64,000 nt of DNA from Candidatus Zhuqueibacterota bacterium (GTDB taxonomy: Bacteria; Zhuqueibacterota; Zhuqueibacteria; Thermofontimicrobiales; Thermofontimicrobiaceae): NCBI GenBank assembly GCA_049322915.1, contig JBMOPW010000044.1, forward strand, positions 127,850-191,849, in the 5' to 3' direction. The notes under the pieces were generated by a model. That model saw only the letters and a list, made by a program, of their open reading frames with translations. It made no database searches and was not told the DNA's origin. Position 1 is the stretch's first letter, and every line of letters starts with the position of its first letter. The position numbers and the translations under genes were made by a program. Of the stretch, positions 41,484 through 52,110 are shown one piece after another.

Positions 41484-42503
41484 TCATGGGACAATCAAAT
41501 TCAGCTTGCTTTCGACAGCGATTTTTTCGTAGCTCATGAAACGATCGCCCGTTTTCAGCGTGAACAATTTCCCCAATTTGTAGGCGTCGATAGGCATGGA
41601 CTGGTTAATCTGAATTTTATTGATACGCAGGCCGCCGCGGCCGGTTTGAATGACCAGACCCTCGGGGCTGATTTCCAGGATTGTCCCGGGAGCGCGGCGC
41701 GCGTCATTGGCTCTGGATTGGAGAATGTCCACTGGATGCAGCACGCTGATTTCCATCTCATTGATGAAGGTTCTGGCCGGTTCAAAACCCGGAAACGTCA
41801 TAGCGCGGATGAACCGATCGATGGCGAATCCCGATTTTGTCCAGTCGATGATGCGCTGCTCCGGATAGCCGTCCGGATGATAGGTTGCCAGGGCTTCTTC
41901 CTGTGGAATGCGCGGGGCAGAGCCTTTTAGAATTTTAGGAAAAGTTGATTTGAATAAATCCATACCGAATTTTGTCAGCTTGGAATAGATGGAAAATGAG
42001 GTGTCGTCATCCAGAATTGGAATGGATTTTTCCGCGATAATGTCGCCGCCGTTGATCTCGTGGTTCAACCAGTGCAGGGTGACGCCGGCTTTGTCCCCTT
42101 CGAGAATGGACCAGACGACCGGCAGGGAACCGCGGTTTTTGGGCAGCGACGAAAAGTGAATATTGATTGCGCCCAATTTGGGAATGGCCAGTATTTGCGG
42201 ATCAAGGATCTTGTCGTATTCCACTGTGATGATTAAATCCGGCTGCTCGAGTCGTTGCAGATCATTGATGAATTGCAGGTTCCGGGTGGATTTGGGTTGA
42301 ATGAACGGCAGCATTTTGTTGATGCTCAAACGCGCGATCGATGCGTTCCAGACGCGCGGTTCGACCACGGAGCCATTGTCGTGATAGCTGCCAACAACCA
42401 AAACAATTTTAATATTCTTCGATCTGAGCAGATTGCGAAGGACCGTGCAACCTAACAGGTTGCTGCCAAAAAATAGGATCTTGAATTTTGAGTCGCGTTT
42501 CAT
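41484..42503 (-). CDS. Fmt/ArnA-like formyltransferase-family protein
   Basis: NIHFSSLPKNRG, IDW...IRA, PGTI; C-terminal formyltransferase domain. Confidence 0.85.
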   Translation of the reverse strand: MKRDSKFKILFFGSNLLGCTVLRNLLRSKNIKIVLVVGSYHDNGSVVEPRVWNASIARLSINKMLPFIQPKSTRNLQFINDLQRLEQPDLIITVEYDKILDPQILAIPKLGAINIHFSSLPKNRGSLPVVWSILEGDKAGVTLHWLNHEINGGDIIAEKSIPILDDDTSFSIYSKLTKFGMDLFKSTFPKILKGSAPRIPQEEALATYHPDGYPEQRIIDWTKSGFAIDRFIRAMTFPGFEPARTFINEMEISVLHPVDILQSRANDARRAPGTILEISPEGLVIQTGRGGLRINKIQINQSMPIDAYKLGKLFTLKTGDRFMSYEKIAVESKLNLIVP

Positions 42504-42954
42504 CTTCGTGAGTTCTCCGTTCCCGTGCGGGCATGTACCTGCACATTCTCTTTCTCTCTGCGTGCAAAAATAAGACAGGCGCCAGCGTGTCACCTTTGTG
42601 GAAATGAGACGACATCCTGTTCAGCGCCGGCATTCCCGGGCAACGACAAAGGTATCTGATCCTGCAAAATTCATTGGCAGAAACAGTGTTCTTTGAAAGA
42701 AGATAAACAATGTTTGTTTTGCAATGAATTTCCTGAACATACGGGCAAAATAGTTGGTTTGCGTAAACGAGACACTATATATTGTGTGAAACATTAATTG
42801 AAAGTGGAGAGGATTTGCAGGGACAAAAATGTCGTCACTCACCTTTGGAAAAATAGCGCCGCCTGGCTGTTGGGTTGTTCCGAATTACCAACGGAGGTAG
42901 CGCCTTGCGGTTGCAATTGAGGCGGTTGAGGAAAGCGATGCAACTGAAGCAATG

Positions 42955-43653
42955 CTAAATCGTCTTTTTATTTCGAATGATCTCTTCGTTGATTTGAGTC
43001 AACAACGATGTAATTTCATTCCTGAACAGGGTCAATGTCGTGTGAGTGAAAATTCTCAGGGCCTGCAATTTGGGAATAGTCAGCAACGAAAGAAACAGGG
43101 AGCGTCGCGCGCGTTTCAATGCCGCCAGAATCAGGCCTGGCTCTGATTCAAGTTTCAGGTCCATGTCATCGTACCCGGCGCGGATGAGTTTGCTCATGGC
43201 CTCAAAAAGCCCGGTCTGGAAAATGATGAGCGGATGATCGCGATGGTTGATTTTGACATGGCGCAGAATTTTCATGATTTTTAAAATGAGCGAATAGCAC
43301 GATTGAAACAAAGGATGGGCATTCTGCAGATGATCCAGACGGGAGCGATCACTGGACCAATCATCAAAGCTATCGTCCCGGGTCTCGTCTGCGATGTCAT
43401 CGTGTTTGTCAATGAAATCGTCCAGAGGGTCAATGCTTTCGGGATTATGTTCATCATCCGAGAGGTGATAACCTAACTCCTCAAAGGCCCGTTGAAGTCC
43501 TTCCTCGGTGAATCCGTATTTATCCAGCAATTCCTGGAGGCGCCGTTTTTGTTCGTCCTCCTGCTGAAAATATTTTTCCCATTTCTGCTCATCCCATTCG
43601 TCATCCGGAATGTACCCATCGTCGAAGTTATCGTTATCAGAGTGGTCTGGCAT
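42955..43653 (-). CDS. Hypothetical protein with acidic N-terminus
   Basis: 232-aa ORF with GGAGG RBS; no recognised domain. Confidence 0.7.
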   Translation of the reverse strand: MPDHSDNDNFDDGYIPDDEWDEQKWEKYFQQEDEQKRRLQELLDKYGFTEEGLQRAFEELGYHLSDDEHNPESIDPLDDFIDKHDDIADETRDDSFDDWSSDRSRLDHLQNAHPLFQSCYSLILKIMKILRHVKINHRDHPLIIFQTGLFEAMSKLIRAGYDDMDLKLESEPGLILAALKRARRSLFLSLLTIPKLQALRIFTHTTLTLFRNEITSLLTQINEEIIRNKKTI

Positions 43654-44115
43654 AGCAATTCCTCCATGTCATTTTTGCTACGTAAGAATATACACTTTAA
43701 TCGATTGGAAGGCAAGGAAAATATTGTATTTTTAAAATTACGCTCACACATGAGGTCTCAATAACACGTGGAGAATTAGAATCGATCTTTTCACATTTCA
43801 TAAGTGATGTCGCCTATCATTCCTCTACGGCGGATGGTGGTACAGCATTGAAATAAACAACACGTAAACATACTTATTCTATTACAAGTAAGTCTTAGAT
43901 AAGTCTCATACAAAGTCCCCATGCTCGCAAGGAAAAGAAGAATCAGACTCATCACAATTTTCCTTCGCATCCTCGGTTGTTGAAAAAATATGTGTGCAGC
44001 GTTTTCCTTGGAAATAATTCAGAGAGTGATTGAATTCGTAGATCATTTCAATTATCAAAACCATCTGCCGAATGATTAACAAACGCTCGGCTTTTCAAAA
44101 ATCTTCCAATACAGC

Positions 44116-44144
44116 TTGATTTCTACATTTTTTCGTGCTATAAT
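44116..44144 (+). promoter_or_regulatory. sigma70-type promoter
   Basis: TTGATT-17 bp-TATAAT with extended TG. Confidence 0.7.
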
Positions 44145-44190
44145 ATCCGTAAGAAAAAGTCAAAGCGCTAAAATCTGCAGCCGAAAAAAA

Positions 44191-44260
44191 TAAGCCAGAG
44201 ACAGAACCCGAATCGGACTCGTTACATAACTTTTTATGGGGGAGGGGATTTGGGTTTTTT
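44191..44260 (+). promoter_or_regulatory. Conserved leader with terminator-like hairpin, copy 1
   Basis: TAAGCCAGAGACAGAACCCGAATCGGACT; AACCCGAATC pairs with GATTTGGGTT, then a T run. Confidence 0.7.
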
Positions 44261-44322
44261 ATTTCTGTCGGTTGTTAACAGGCAGTACGCAGCAGGTTAA
44301 AAAACTGATCCTGCAGCGGTAA
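44236..44322 (+). pseudogene. Orphan C-terminal tail remnant (mini-ORF ending YFCRLLTGSTQQVKKLILQR*)
   Basis: Matches the last 20 codons of the gene ending at 53896. Confidence 0.65.
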
Positions 44323-44351
44323 TAAGAAATGATTCGTATAGGAGGATTTTT

Positions 44352-46031
44352 ATGTCCCGAGAGATAAACAAACCATTGACACTTTTTATTGTTATGATTT
44401 TTCTTTTAATTTCAGACCGACCCCAATCTTTGAGTCAATCGGCTCAAAGTGATAGAGAAAAGCAGCAACTAAACAGATTGACTCAATTGCAGGCCAACCA
44501 TCTTGACATCATTACTTCTATCGAGCGACATGGCGAGCCCTACAGCCTCTTTGCATTATCGGTGGCAGGCATTGGAGATATTAATCTGGATGGCTACGAT
44601 GATATCATTGTCGGAAATCCCTACAAGGGCGCCGGAGAAGCCCTGATTCTTTTGGGTGGCGCCGAGATGGATTCTATCCCCGATATTATTTTAAGAGGCG
44701 AAAATGATGGCGATGGATTTGGAGAAAAGGTCGCTTCGGGTGGTGATATCAATGGGGACGGTGGCCCGGATTTTATCGTGTCGGCGCCTGATTTTCCAAA
44801 TAGAAAAGGAAAAGGGAGAGCATATATTTATTTTGGCGGAGCAATTCTGGATAGTATTCCTGACGCCATTTTCACAGGCGAATTGAATTACAGCAACTTA
44901 GGAAGAGCCTCAATTGCCGTTGGGGATGTGAATGGAGATCAGTCCGATGACATGCTGGTTGGTGCCCCAAATTATTTGACAATCACAAGTCGAGGTAAGG
45001 CCTATCTTTATTTTGGCGGAGCTTTATTGGATAGCATTCCCGATTGGATGAATCAGGGAGACTCGAGCCGGGCATTGTTCGCATTTACACAATTGGCCAT
45101 AGGAGATGTCAACGGCGATGGATTAGCCGATCTTTTGATCAATAGCTCTCCTGACATTGGTGAATTGGGAAAAGATCATCTTGTAGTCACAGAAATATTC
45201 TTCAGCGGCGTAGAAATGGATACCCTCAGCGATTTATCCCTCACTGATAGTAGCTCGGGAAATTATCAGAATCAAATCCTGTTGTGTGATGACTTAAACC
45301 TAGATGGCGCAGATGATTTTGTTATTTATATGATTGATCGAGTAAGAGTCTATTTTGGCGGAGCGGATATAGACACGACAGCAGACTCTTATTTGTTGCC
45401 ATGGTATGGGGCGTCCATTAATCGCATCGCTTCAGCGGGTGACGTTAATGGCGATGGCTGGCTGGATATTCTGGCTGGATTTTATCACTTGTACTTTAAA
45501 ACGGCTTCCTGTGGACTTTACCTGGGGAGCCAAAAAATTGATCCAACAGTCGATTGGACTGCCGGAGGAGCTGGTGTTTCATTAGACGGCGCAGGGGATG
45601 TAAACGGCGATGGGTATGATGACATTATTGTAGGAATGTACAGTTCTCCTTATACATCGGTTGCCTGGGGCGCCGCCTGGATTCTGGCGGGTAAAGCCGA
45701 TTTGCAGGATATTCGCTCCAACGTGCGGCAGATAGAGCCGTCCGCGCCGCCGGACAAGCACATACTATTTCAGAATTACCCCAATCCGTTTAATGCCGAG
45801 ACTACAATTCGCTACCAGTTACCCCAGGCGTCAGCGGTAACCCTGACCATTTATAATCTCCTCGGTCAACAAATCCGGCGATTAGTAAATGAAAGACAAC
45901 TTGCCGGCAATTATTCAATTATTTGGGATGGCCGAGATGAGCAAGGGACAATTTTAGCCAGCGGGATTTATATCTACCGCCTCGAAGCCGGCTCGTTTGT
46001 CTCCAGCAAAAAGCTGGCGCTGGTGCGGTAG
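44352..46031 (+). CDS. Secreted FG-GAP (integrin-alpha-like) repeat protein with FlgD-Ig/Por-type tail
   Basis: Repeated GD(I/V)NGDG..D.IVGAP units; QNYPNPFN tail; AGGAGG RBS. Confidence 0.92.
   Translation: MSREINKPLTLFIVMIFLLISDRPQSLSQSAQSDREKQQLNRLTQLQANHLDIITSIERHGEPYSLFALSVAGIGDINLDGYDDIIVGNPYKGAGEALILLGGAEMDSIPDIILRGENDGDGFGEKVASGGDINGDGGPDFIVSAPDFPNRKGKGRAYIYFGGAILDSIPDAIFTGELNYSNLGRASIAVGDVNGDQSDDMLVGAPNYLTITSRGKAYLYFGGALLDSIPDWMNQGDSSRALFAFTQLAIGDVNGDGLADLLINSSPDIGELGKDHLVVTEIFFSGVEMDTLSDLSLTDSSSGNYQNQILLCDDLNLDGADDFVIYMIDRVRVYFGGADIDTTADSYLLPWYGASINRIASAGDVNGDGWLDILAGFYHLYFKTASCGLYLGSQKIDPTVDWTAGGAGVSLDGAGDVNGDGYDDIIVGMYSSPYTSVAWGAAWILAGKADLQDIRSNVRQIEPSAPPDKHILFQNYPNPFNAETTIRYQLPQASAVTLTIYNLLGQQIRRLVNERQLAGNYSIIWDGRDEQGTILASGIYIYRLEAGSFVSSKKLALVR
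45771..46031 (+). repeat. 261-bp C-terminal module, copy 1
   Basis: About 15 differences from 51439-51699 by manual alignment. Confidence 0.92.
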
Positions 46032-46146
46032 GCTCCAGAATCTTCTTCAGCAAAAGATTATCACAATGCTTGAAAAAGCCAATGGCTAAAAGCTATCCGC
46101 CTGAGGCGTTTAAAATTCTGGATCGTGAAAATTTTTAAAATAACAT

Positions 46147-46176
46147 TTGACTTTTATTTTTTTTTTTTATTATAAT
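46147..46176 (+). promoter_or_regulatory. sigma70-type promoter with a T12 tract in the spacer
   Basis: TTGACT-18 bp-TATAAT. Confidence 0.65.
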
Positions 46177-46223
46177 GATGTGACGATAAGCGACGATTGT
46201 AAAAGCTGAATCAGAAACAGCAT

Positions 46224-46295
46224 TAAGCCAGAGACAGAACCCGAATCGGACTTGCCATAATTTACATAAGGGGGAGGATTCGGGTTTTTATTTTT
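46224..46295 (+). promoter_or_regulatory. Conserved leader with terminator-like hairpin, copy 2
   Basis: Same 29-nt core; AACCCGAATC/GATTCGGGTT perfect stem, then a T-rich tail. Confidence 0.7.
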
Positions 46296-46362
46296 AATCA
46301 TACTAATTTATAGATTAAACACAAAAGTAATTTTTTATCCATATCAAAATAAGGAGATTGAA

Positions 46363-47070
46363 ATGGTTACTATGCGACATAAAAAAATTGTTGCCCTTGT
46401 TACCCTAATTATCATAAGTTGTTTTTTGAATTATACAAGCCATGGACAAGAGCAATGGATTCCTTTCACCAGTTATACCCAATCGAGACCGATTTTCAGC
46501 TTACATTATTCTAATAATGAAAACGTCTCGTTTTCTGTAGAAACTACCGGAATGGTCGTACTTGACGTTCTGGCGCAAGAGAAAACTTATCAAAGGTTGG
46601 CCATACCAGACCAGAATAAGTCCACAGGCGTCGGATTTCCTGAAATACCGGTGATCAGCCAATTAATTGCTATACCTGAGTGCGAGCAGGTCTTATTAAA
46701 AATAATTCCTATCGATTCAGTTTACATGGAAGATTATAATGTCTACCCTGTTCCGCAGATCGTCGAAAAGTATTATCCTGATGGTTACTCATATCCTGCC
46801 GAAGAATTTGCCATTAATGACAGCGTCTATTCGGTGGACCACTACTATCCAAATTCATTTGGTAAAATCGCTGAGTTGGCAAGTATAAGAGAGCAACAAG
46901 TTGCCAGAGTAGAAATTTATCCCATTCAGTTTAACCCTGTAGCAAATAATTTAAAGGTTTATACACATATTAAAGTTGGACTCAATTTTGTATCCCCGAA
47001 AAGTGCAGTGGTTAAAGACGTGGGACCGTTCTACAAAGCCTGCAGAGCAACTATTTTGAATTACAGATAA
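46363..47070 (+). CDS. Stand-alone C25 (gingipain) propeptide-domain protein
   Basis: Signal peptide; YQRLAIP, GFPEIPVISQLIAIP, IREQQVARVEIYPIQFNP...LKVY; AAGGAG RBS. Confidence 0.8.
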   Translation: MVTMRHKKIVALVTLIIISCFLNYTSHGQEQWIPFTSYTQSRPIFSLHYSNNENVSFSVETTGMVVLDVLAQEKTYQRLAIPDQNKSTGVGFPEIPVISQLIAIPECEQVLLKIIPIDSVYMEDYNVYPVPQIVEKYYPDGYSYPAEEFAINDSVYSVDHYYPNSFGKIAELASIREQQVARVEIYPIQFNPVANNLKVYTHIKVGLNFVSPKSAVVKDVGPFYKACRATILNYR

Positions 47071-47087
47071 CTTTAGGAGGTTTGAAA

Positions 47088-48440
47088 ATGTGGCGCACTA
47101 AGTTTTTAATACCATCAGTCATTTTTGCTTTATTCAATTTTTTTCAAGCCATCAATTTATATGCCCAGGGGTCATGGAAAATCATCCGACAAGATACACT
47201 AACTATATATACTGACATGGATTTTGTTGATAAGAATAATGGCTGGGTCATTGGATATAGTTTAGCTACCGTAGGAGTGGAAGCGGCCGATGTCATTATT
47301 CATACCAGTGATGGTGGCGAAACCTGGGAATATCAAAAATTCAGAACCGGAGGGCGTCTTTTTGCCTTGAATTTTATGGATTCGCTACATGGGTGGGCAC
47401 TGGCATACAATGGAGTGATACTACATACTAAAGACGGTGGTAAGAAATGGGACCCAGATTCGAGCCTTTACCAGCAGTGGTGGAAGCCGTGGTGGAGAGC
47501 TACCGACATATACTTTGTTGACACGTTGAAAGGATGGGTGATAGGCAATAATCCACAAGAAATATATCACACACAAAACGGTGGTAAAACATGGATCCAT
47601 CAGTATACCGGTGGAAGCGAGGACGGTTTCTCCACAGTTTTTTTCTTAGATTCTTTAGTAGGCTGGGTCAGTGATCGAGGTAAGATTCTACATACTGAAG
47701 ATAGTGGTAGGAATTGGATAAAGCAATATGTAGCGACAGATTCATTGTACTTCGGAAGTATCTATTTTATCAATTCACAATTAGGATGGATCGTTGGTGT
47801 GGGCCTTCCTCGCAATATAATTTTAAAGACCTCTGACGGCGGTCAATCATGGGAGGTTACGCCTATTGGATGGGGCTTTGAATTAGGGGGAATTTGTTTT
47901 GTAGATAGTCTTCATGGCTGGATTGCTGGCGGTCCCGTTGGAGGTTGTGTTTTGTATACCAATGACGGTGGAAAAACTTGGACTTCACAGGACACGGGGA
48001 TGGGCGAAGGTTTACTTCTTCGTTCGGTATGTTTCATCGATTCTTGTACTGGATGGGCAATGGGACCTGTAATATGCTCCGACATTACTAAGGTGCTAAA
48101 GTATACTTGTAGTTCCAGTAGCATAGACAACAATACACTGAATAACCCTATTTGTCCGGGTACTTTCAAGTTGCTTCAGAGTTATCCTAACCCCTTTAAT
48201 TTGGAAACAACAATTCGGTTCTACAATCCTCAGGCTGCTCGCATTAGTGTTGCCATTTATGATATTGGCGGACGATTGGTAAAAAGTTTGATTAGTAACG
48301 AAATGCTCTCTATAGGTTATCATGAGGTCCGCTGGAGCGGTAGAGACCAACAAGGAAATGTAGTTCCTAGTGGCGTTTATTTGTGCACGCTTAAGTCAAA
48401 AGAAAATGTTAAAGCAATAAAGTTAGTAGCCATCAAGTAA
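47088..48440 (+). CDS. YCF48/BNR-repeat beta-propeller protein with FlgD-Ig/Por-type tail
   Basis: Repeated F.D...GW..G...I.HT.DGG.TW; QSYPNPFN tail; AGGAGG RBS. Confidence 0.9.
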   Translation: MWRTKFLIPSVIFALFNFFQAINLYAQGSWKIIRQDTLTIYTDMDFVDKNNGWVIGYSLATVGVEAADVIIHTSDGGETWEYQKFRTGGRLFALNFMDSLHGWALAYNGVILHTKDGGKKWDPDSSLYQQWWKPWWRATDIYFVDTLKGWVIGNNPQEIYHTQNGGKTWIHQYTGGSEDGFSTVFFLDSLVGWVSDRGKILHTEDSGRNWIKQYVATDSLYFGSIYFINSQLGWIVGVGLPRNIILKTSDGGQSWEVTPIGWGFELGGICFVDSLHGWIAGGPVGGCVLYTNDGGKTWTSQDTGMGEGLLLRSVCFIDSCTGWAMGPVICSDITKVLKYTCSSSSIDNNTLNNPICPGTFKLLQSYPNPFNLETTIRFYNPQAARISVAIYDIGGRLVKSLISNEMLSIGYHEVRWSGRDQQGNVVPSGVYLCTLKSKENVKAIKLVAIK

Positions 48441-48469
48441 ATTTTAAAGAGTAAAGAGAGGGTCGAAAA

Positions 48470-51400
48470 ATGATAGCCAACACTCTAACAATAGGTATTG
48501 TCAAACGTATTCAGCTTTATATCATACTAATAGCTGTTTTGAGTTTTACACGTGGAATCATAATCATGAACCCCGAAGCCCAGGCGGGTGTTATTCGTTG
48601 TTCTACAGTCACGGCTTGCGCGACTAACAAGACCGACTATCTGATGATGGTCGCCAATGATCTCTATAACAATTCCTACATCGATAACCTTGCTAACCAT
48701 AGGGCAAGTTACAACGGATATAACATCGCCATCGTGAATGTTGAAAACATGACAGGATTTCCTTTCGACACTTTGGGAATTCGTGATTTTATCAAAGGTG
48801 TATATGAAACGCAAAGTGCACAACACATGAGTGATGGCGTTTAGGATTCGTTCTTCTTATAGGCGATGCATATAAAGACGACAATGCAACCAGAATGCTC
48901 TGGGATTATGATGCGTATAACTATTTGAACCGTCGTCCGCAAGAAGAGTGTGCCGATCATTTTTATGCCTGTCTAACATTCAGCGGATCACGACCTGATG
49001 ATTTACCAGATGTCATGATCGGGCGTTTATCTGCAGGGAATGCGACTGAACTCGCTAATGTTGTTAATAAGATCATCAATTATGAAACCGCTTATGCAGG
49101 CGGGGATTGGCGGGATGATATTTTGCTTTTTGAAGGTCAGGGTCTTGCTGGTTATAGTCAATTTAACAGCATTGACGATTACCTCCAAGCAGAATCCCAA
49201 ATTACCCACTTTTTATACCGATATGAGCCTGCTCACGCCGACGCAGATTTTATGATTCGTTATAACGATGTTTATCCTCCACCAACTACCAATATAGATG
49301 ATGCCACACAGAAGCTTATTGCCGAATTCAATGCAGGTAGATTCATTTTTAATTACGAGTGTGATCATGGCTCTAAGTTTGGATTTCATCCGGATGGAGA
49401 AGGCCATTGTTACACCTATTTCGACGTTAATGATATTCCAAGCCTTGCCAATGGTGCAAAACTCGCCTTTTGGCTGAACGTTTGTTGTAAAACGGGTTGG
49501 TTTGATAATCTCGATGTAGATCCTTGTTTTGGTAGTAATGTAGATTGCTTAGCTGAGCAATTACAATATGCCAATAATAGAGGCGGCATTGCTGTTTTAG
49601 CTTCATCAAGAGATGATGCTACTGGCTCCTATGGTGTCGTTGACAAATATGTCTATGAAGCGATATTTGATAAGGATGGTTATAATTATAATTATAATGT
49701 TGATCTGATTGGCGAAGCAATTTTGCAGGCAAAATTTAGATGGGAATCCTGGCTAAGGCATAAATATAATTTATTTGGTGATCCATCCCAAAATCTTTTT
49801 CCCCAAGGGCTCCGCAGCACAATTTCCGAAGCTACAGCATATAATAATAGTCGGAAGCTTCTTCGTGATGCAAATGGAAGATATCATTTAGTGTATGAAT
49901 CTAACGGTGAAATATTTTACCAATACTCTGTGAATGGGAACGGATGGATAGGTGGATTTAGGCTTAGCACTGGCAATGGAAACAACAAATATGCCTCCGT
50001 CACCGGTACCAGCAGCAAGCAGTTTGTGGTCTGGCAACGGTATACAGGCTATAGCGGCGGTCTGCATAGATACGATACCTACTTTGCTAAAAACACGGGC
50101 ACGGGCTGGTACACCAGCACCATTGCCAATCTCTCTAACCTCGGTTTTTCTACGCCAACCAATTCTTTGCCAGTAATAACTTACAAGAACGTGAGCGGTG
50201 TTAATCGTCTTATTGTCTGCGCTAAGACAAGCTCTGCCATTAAGTACGTCACTTCTGATAATGACGGCAGCACCTGGAGTTCGGCTGCCAATGTACCTTC
50301 CACCTCATCCAGCCATGCCAATCCCAGTTTATCCATGGGACCAACCACACCTGCCAGTACTATTTATGTCAGCTATGATAACGGCAGTAATGTTTACTAC
50401 AATAACTACACCACGGCCTGGGGCAGCGCTGTCAATGTCTCCAACGGCTGTGGCACCTCCACGAATCGTTATTCCTCGGTAGAGGTCGATGGTAGTTCGG
50501 GCAAAAATTTTGTCTGGCAGGGGTATTCCAATCCTGTGGAGCTATGGGTGATTATGCACCGCCGCAATAGTGAAGCTTTTCAGATGTTTTATCCCTACGG
50601 TGGCGAGGGTAGCTATCGTCCTTCGATTACTGGACATGCCAGTAATAAGCGCTCGATCGTCTGTTATGATGATCTGAATCAAATCCGCCGCGCTTATTTT
50701 AATGGCAGTAGTTGGTCGGAAACAGTAGCTGCGACCAATGGGGTCCATCCTGGATTATCTGCGGGCACGACTGCCGCCAAATATGTTTGGACCAGCGGCA
50801 CGGTTTCACCCTATGAAATCAAAATCAGCACTGAACAATTGTCTAAAAGTAACTTTGAGAACATCGTCTATCATCGTGCGAGCGTGCTGCAGGATACCGC
50901 CAACAGTTCATTGTTGTGGGTCGAATTGGGCGAGATCAAGCTGGTAACAGGAACGATCGAATTGGAGCTTCCACAACTATCAATCCAGAACCAAAACCTA
51001 TCACTGACACCAGCGACAGCCTTTCAGTATCTTGATAGTGAGCTATTTGTTATCCCTGACGAATCGACAAATTTAGCCTGGTATCAAAATATCTATGGCG
51101 CTGGTTTACAACGACTGACAGCGGCGGATTCACAGAATTTAGTTATCAAAGTTCAACTCCTCGAAGTCGGAAGCAGTAACACAATAACGACATTGCAAGA
51201 AGAGTCGCTTGCTGCAACAACTGAGGAAAGCAGGAATAAAGGATATATGACCCAGGATATTTCTGATCATCGAGGCAAGCATGTAAAACTGACGGTAACA
51301 GTAGAAGGGTTAGCGTCCAAATTAGCAGGGATTGTCCCTGGCGTGACTGAAATATATCTTATTAAAAAAGAAGGTGTTGGTAAAGAACGACCAGAGTTAT

Positions 51401-51699
51401 TAACCAATGAGCAACAGCCTGCAGATTTTGTATTATGGCAGAATTACCCCAATCCGTTCAATGCCGAGACTACAATTCGCTACCAGTTACCCCAGGCGTC
51501 AGCGGTAACCCTGACCATTTATAACCTCCTCGGTCAACAAATCCGGCGATTAGTAAATGAAAGACAACTTGCCGGCAATTATTCAATTATTTGGGATAGC
51601 CGGGATGGACAAGGGACAGTTTTAACCAGCGGCATTTATGTCTATCGCCTCGAAGCCGGTTCGTTTGTCTCCAGCAAAAAGCTGGCGCTGATTCGATAG
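48470..51699 (+). pseudogene. C25 (gingipain-like) cysteine peptidase with BNR-like region and tail, interrupted by a 1-nt frameshift near 48838
   Basis: DYLMMV...LANHR...IRDFI in the first frame; LGFVLLIGDA, PDVMIGRL, DHG, CCKTGWFD and YNLFGDP in the second. Confidence 0.8.
51439..51699 (+). repeat. 261-bp C-terminal module, copy 2
   Basis: About 11 differences from 57362-57622 by manual alignment. Confidence 0.92.
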
Positions 51700-52040
51700 G
51701 TGTATGACAGCCTGCCCAAAAAATCCTGACCAGCGTGATGAGTCTGCATCCCTATTGTGAACGGCTGGCGCAGGGACGGTGGATATTAAAGTAGCAGCCA
51801 ACTTCAGCGGCGCGAGCCGCATCACCGATGTCGATAATGACGAAGTTGATAAAATTTTGGAGAGTTGATTTTTGGTCGGAAAATAGTGCTGACAAATTGA
51901 AGCCCCATTGATTCGTTGGGACTTTTTTTTGAAAGGCTGGCTAGTAAAAAAAATCTTCAAATACAGCTTGATTTCTATATTTTTTTGTGCTATGATATCC
52001 GTGAGAAAAAGAGAAAGCGCGAAAAGCCGAAGCAGAAAAA

Positions 52041-52110
52041 TAAGCCAGAGACAGAACCCGAATCGGACTCGTTACAGAATTTTTTATGGGGGAGGGGATT
52101 TGGGTTTTTT
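52041..52110 (+). promoter_or_regulatory. Conserved leader with terminator-like hairpin, copy 3
   Basis: Same 29-nt core and stem as copy 1. Confidence 0.7.

Larger units (their letters stand above)
44097..45784 (+). repeat. Duplicated segment, copy A (promoter, leader, FG-GAP body); copy B at 51949-53643
   Basis: Colinear high similarity that ends at CAGAATTACCCCAA. Confidence 0.85.

Noticed and set aside
44191..52069. CRISPR array or integron attC sites for the 29-nt repeat
   Set aside because: Copies are 2-6 kb apart and sit just after promoters; no cas or intI genes; no RYYYAAC/GTTRRRY ends
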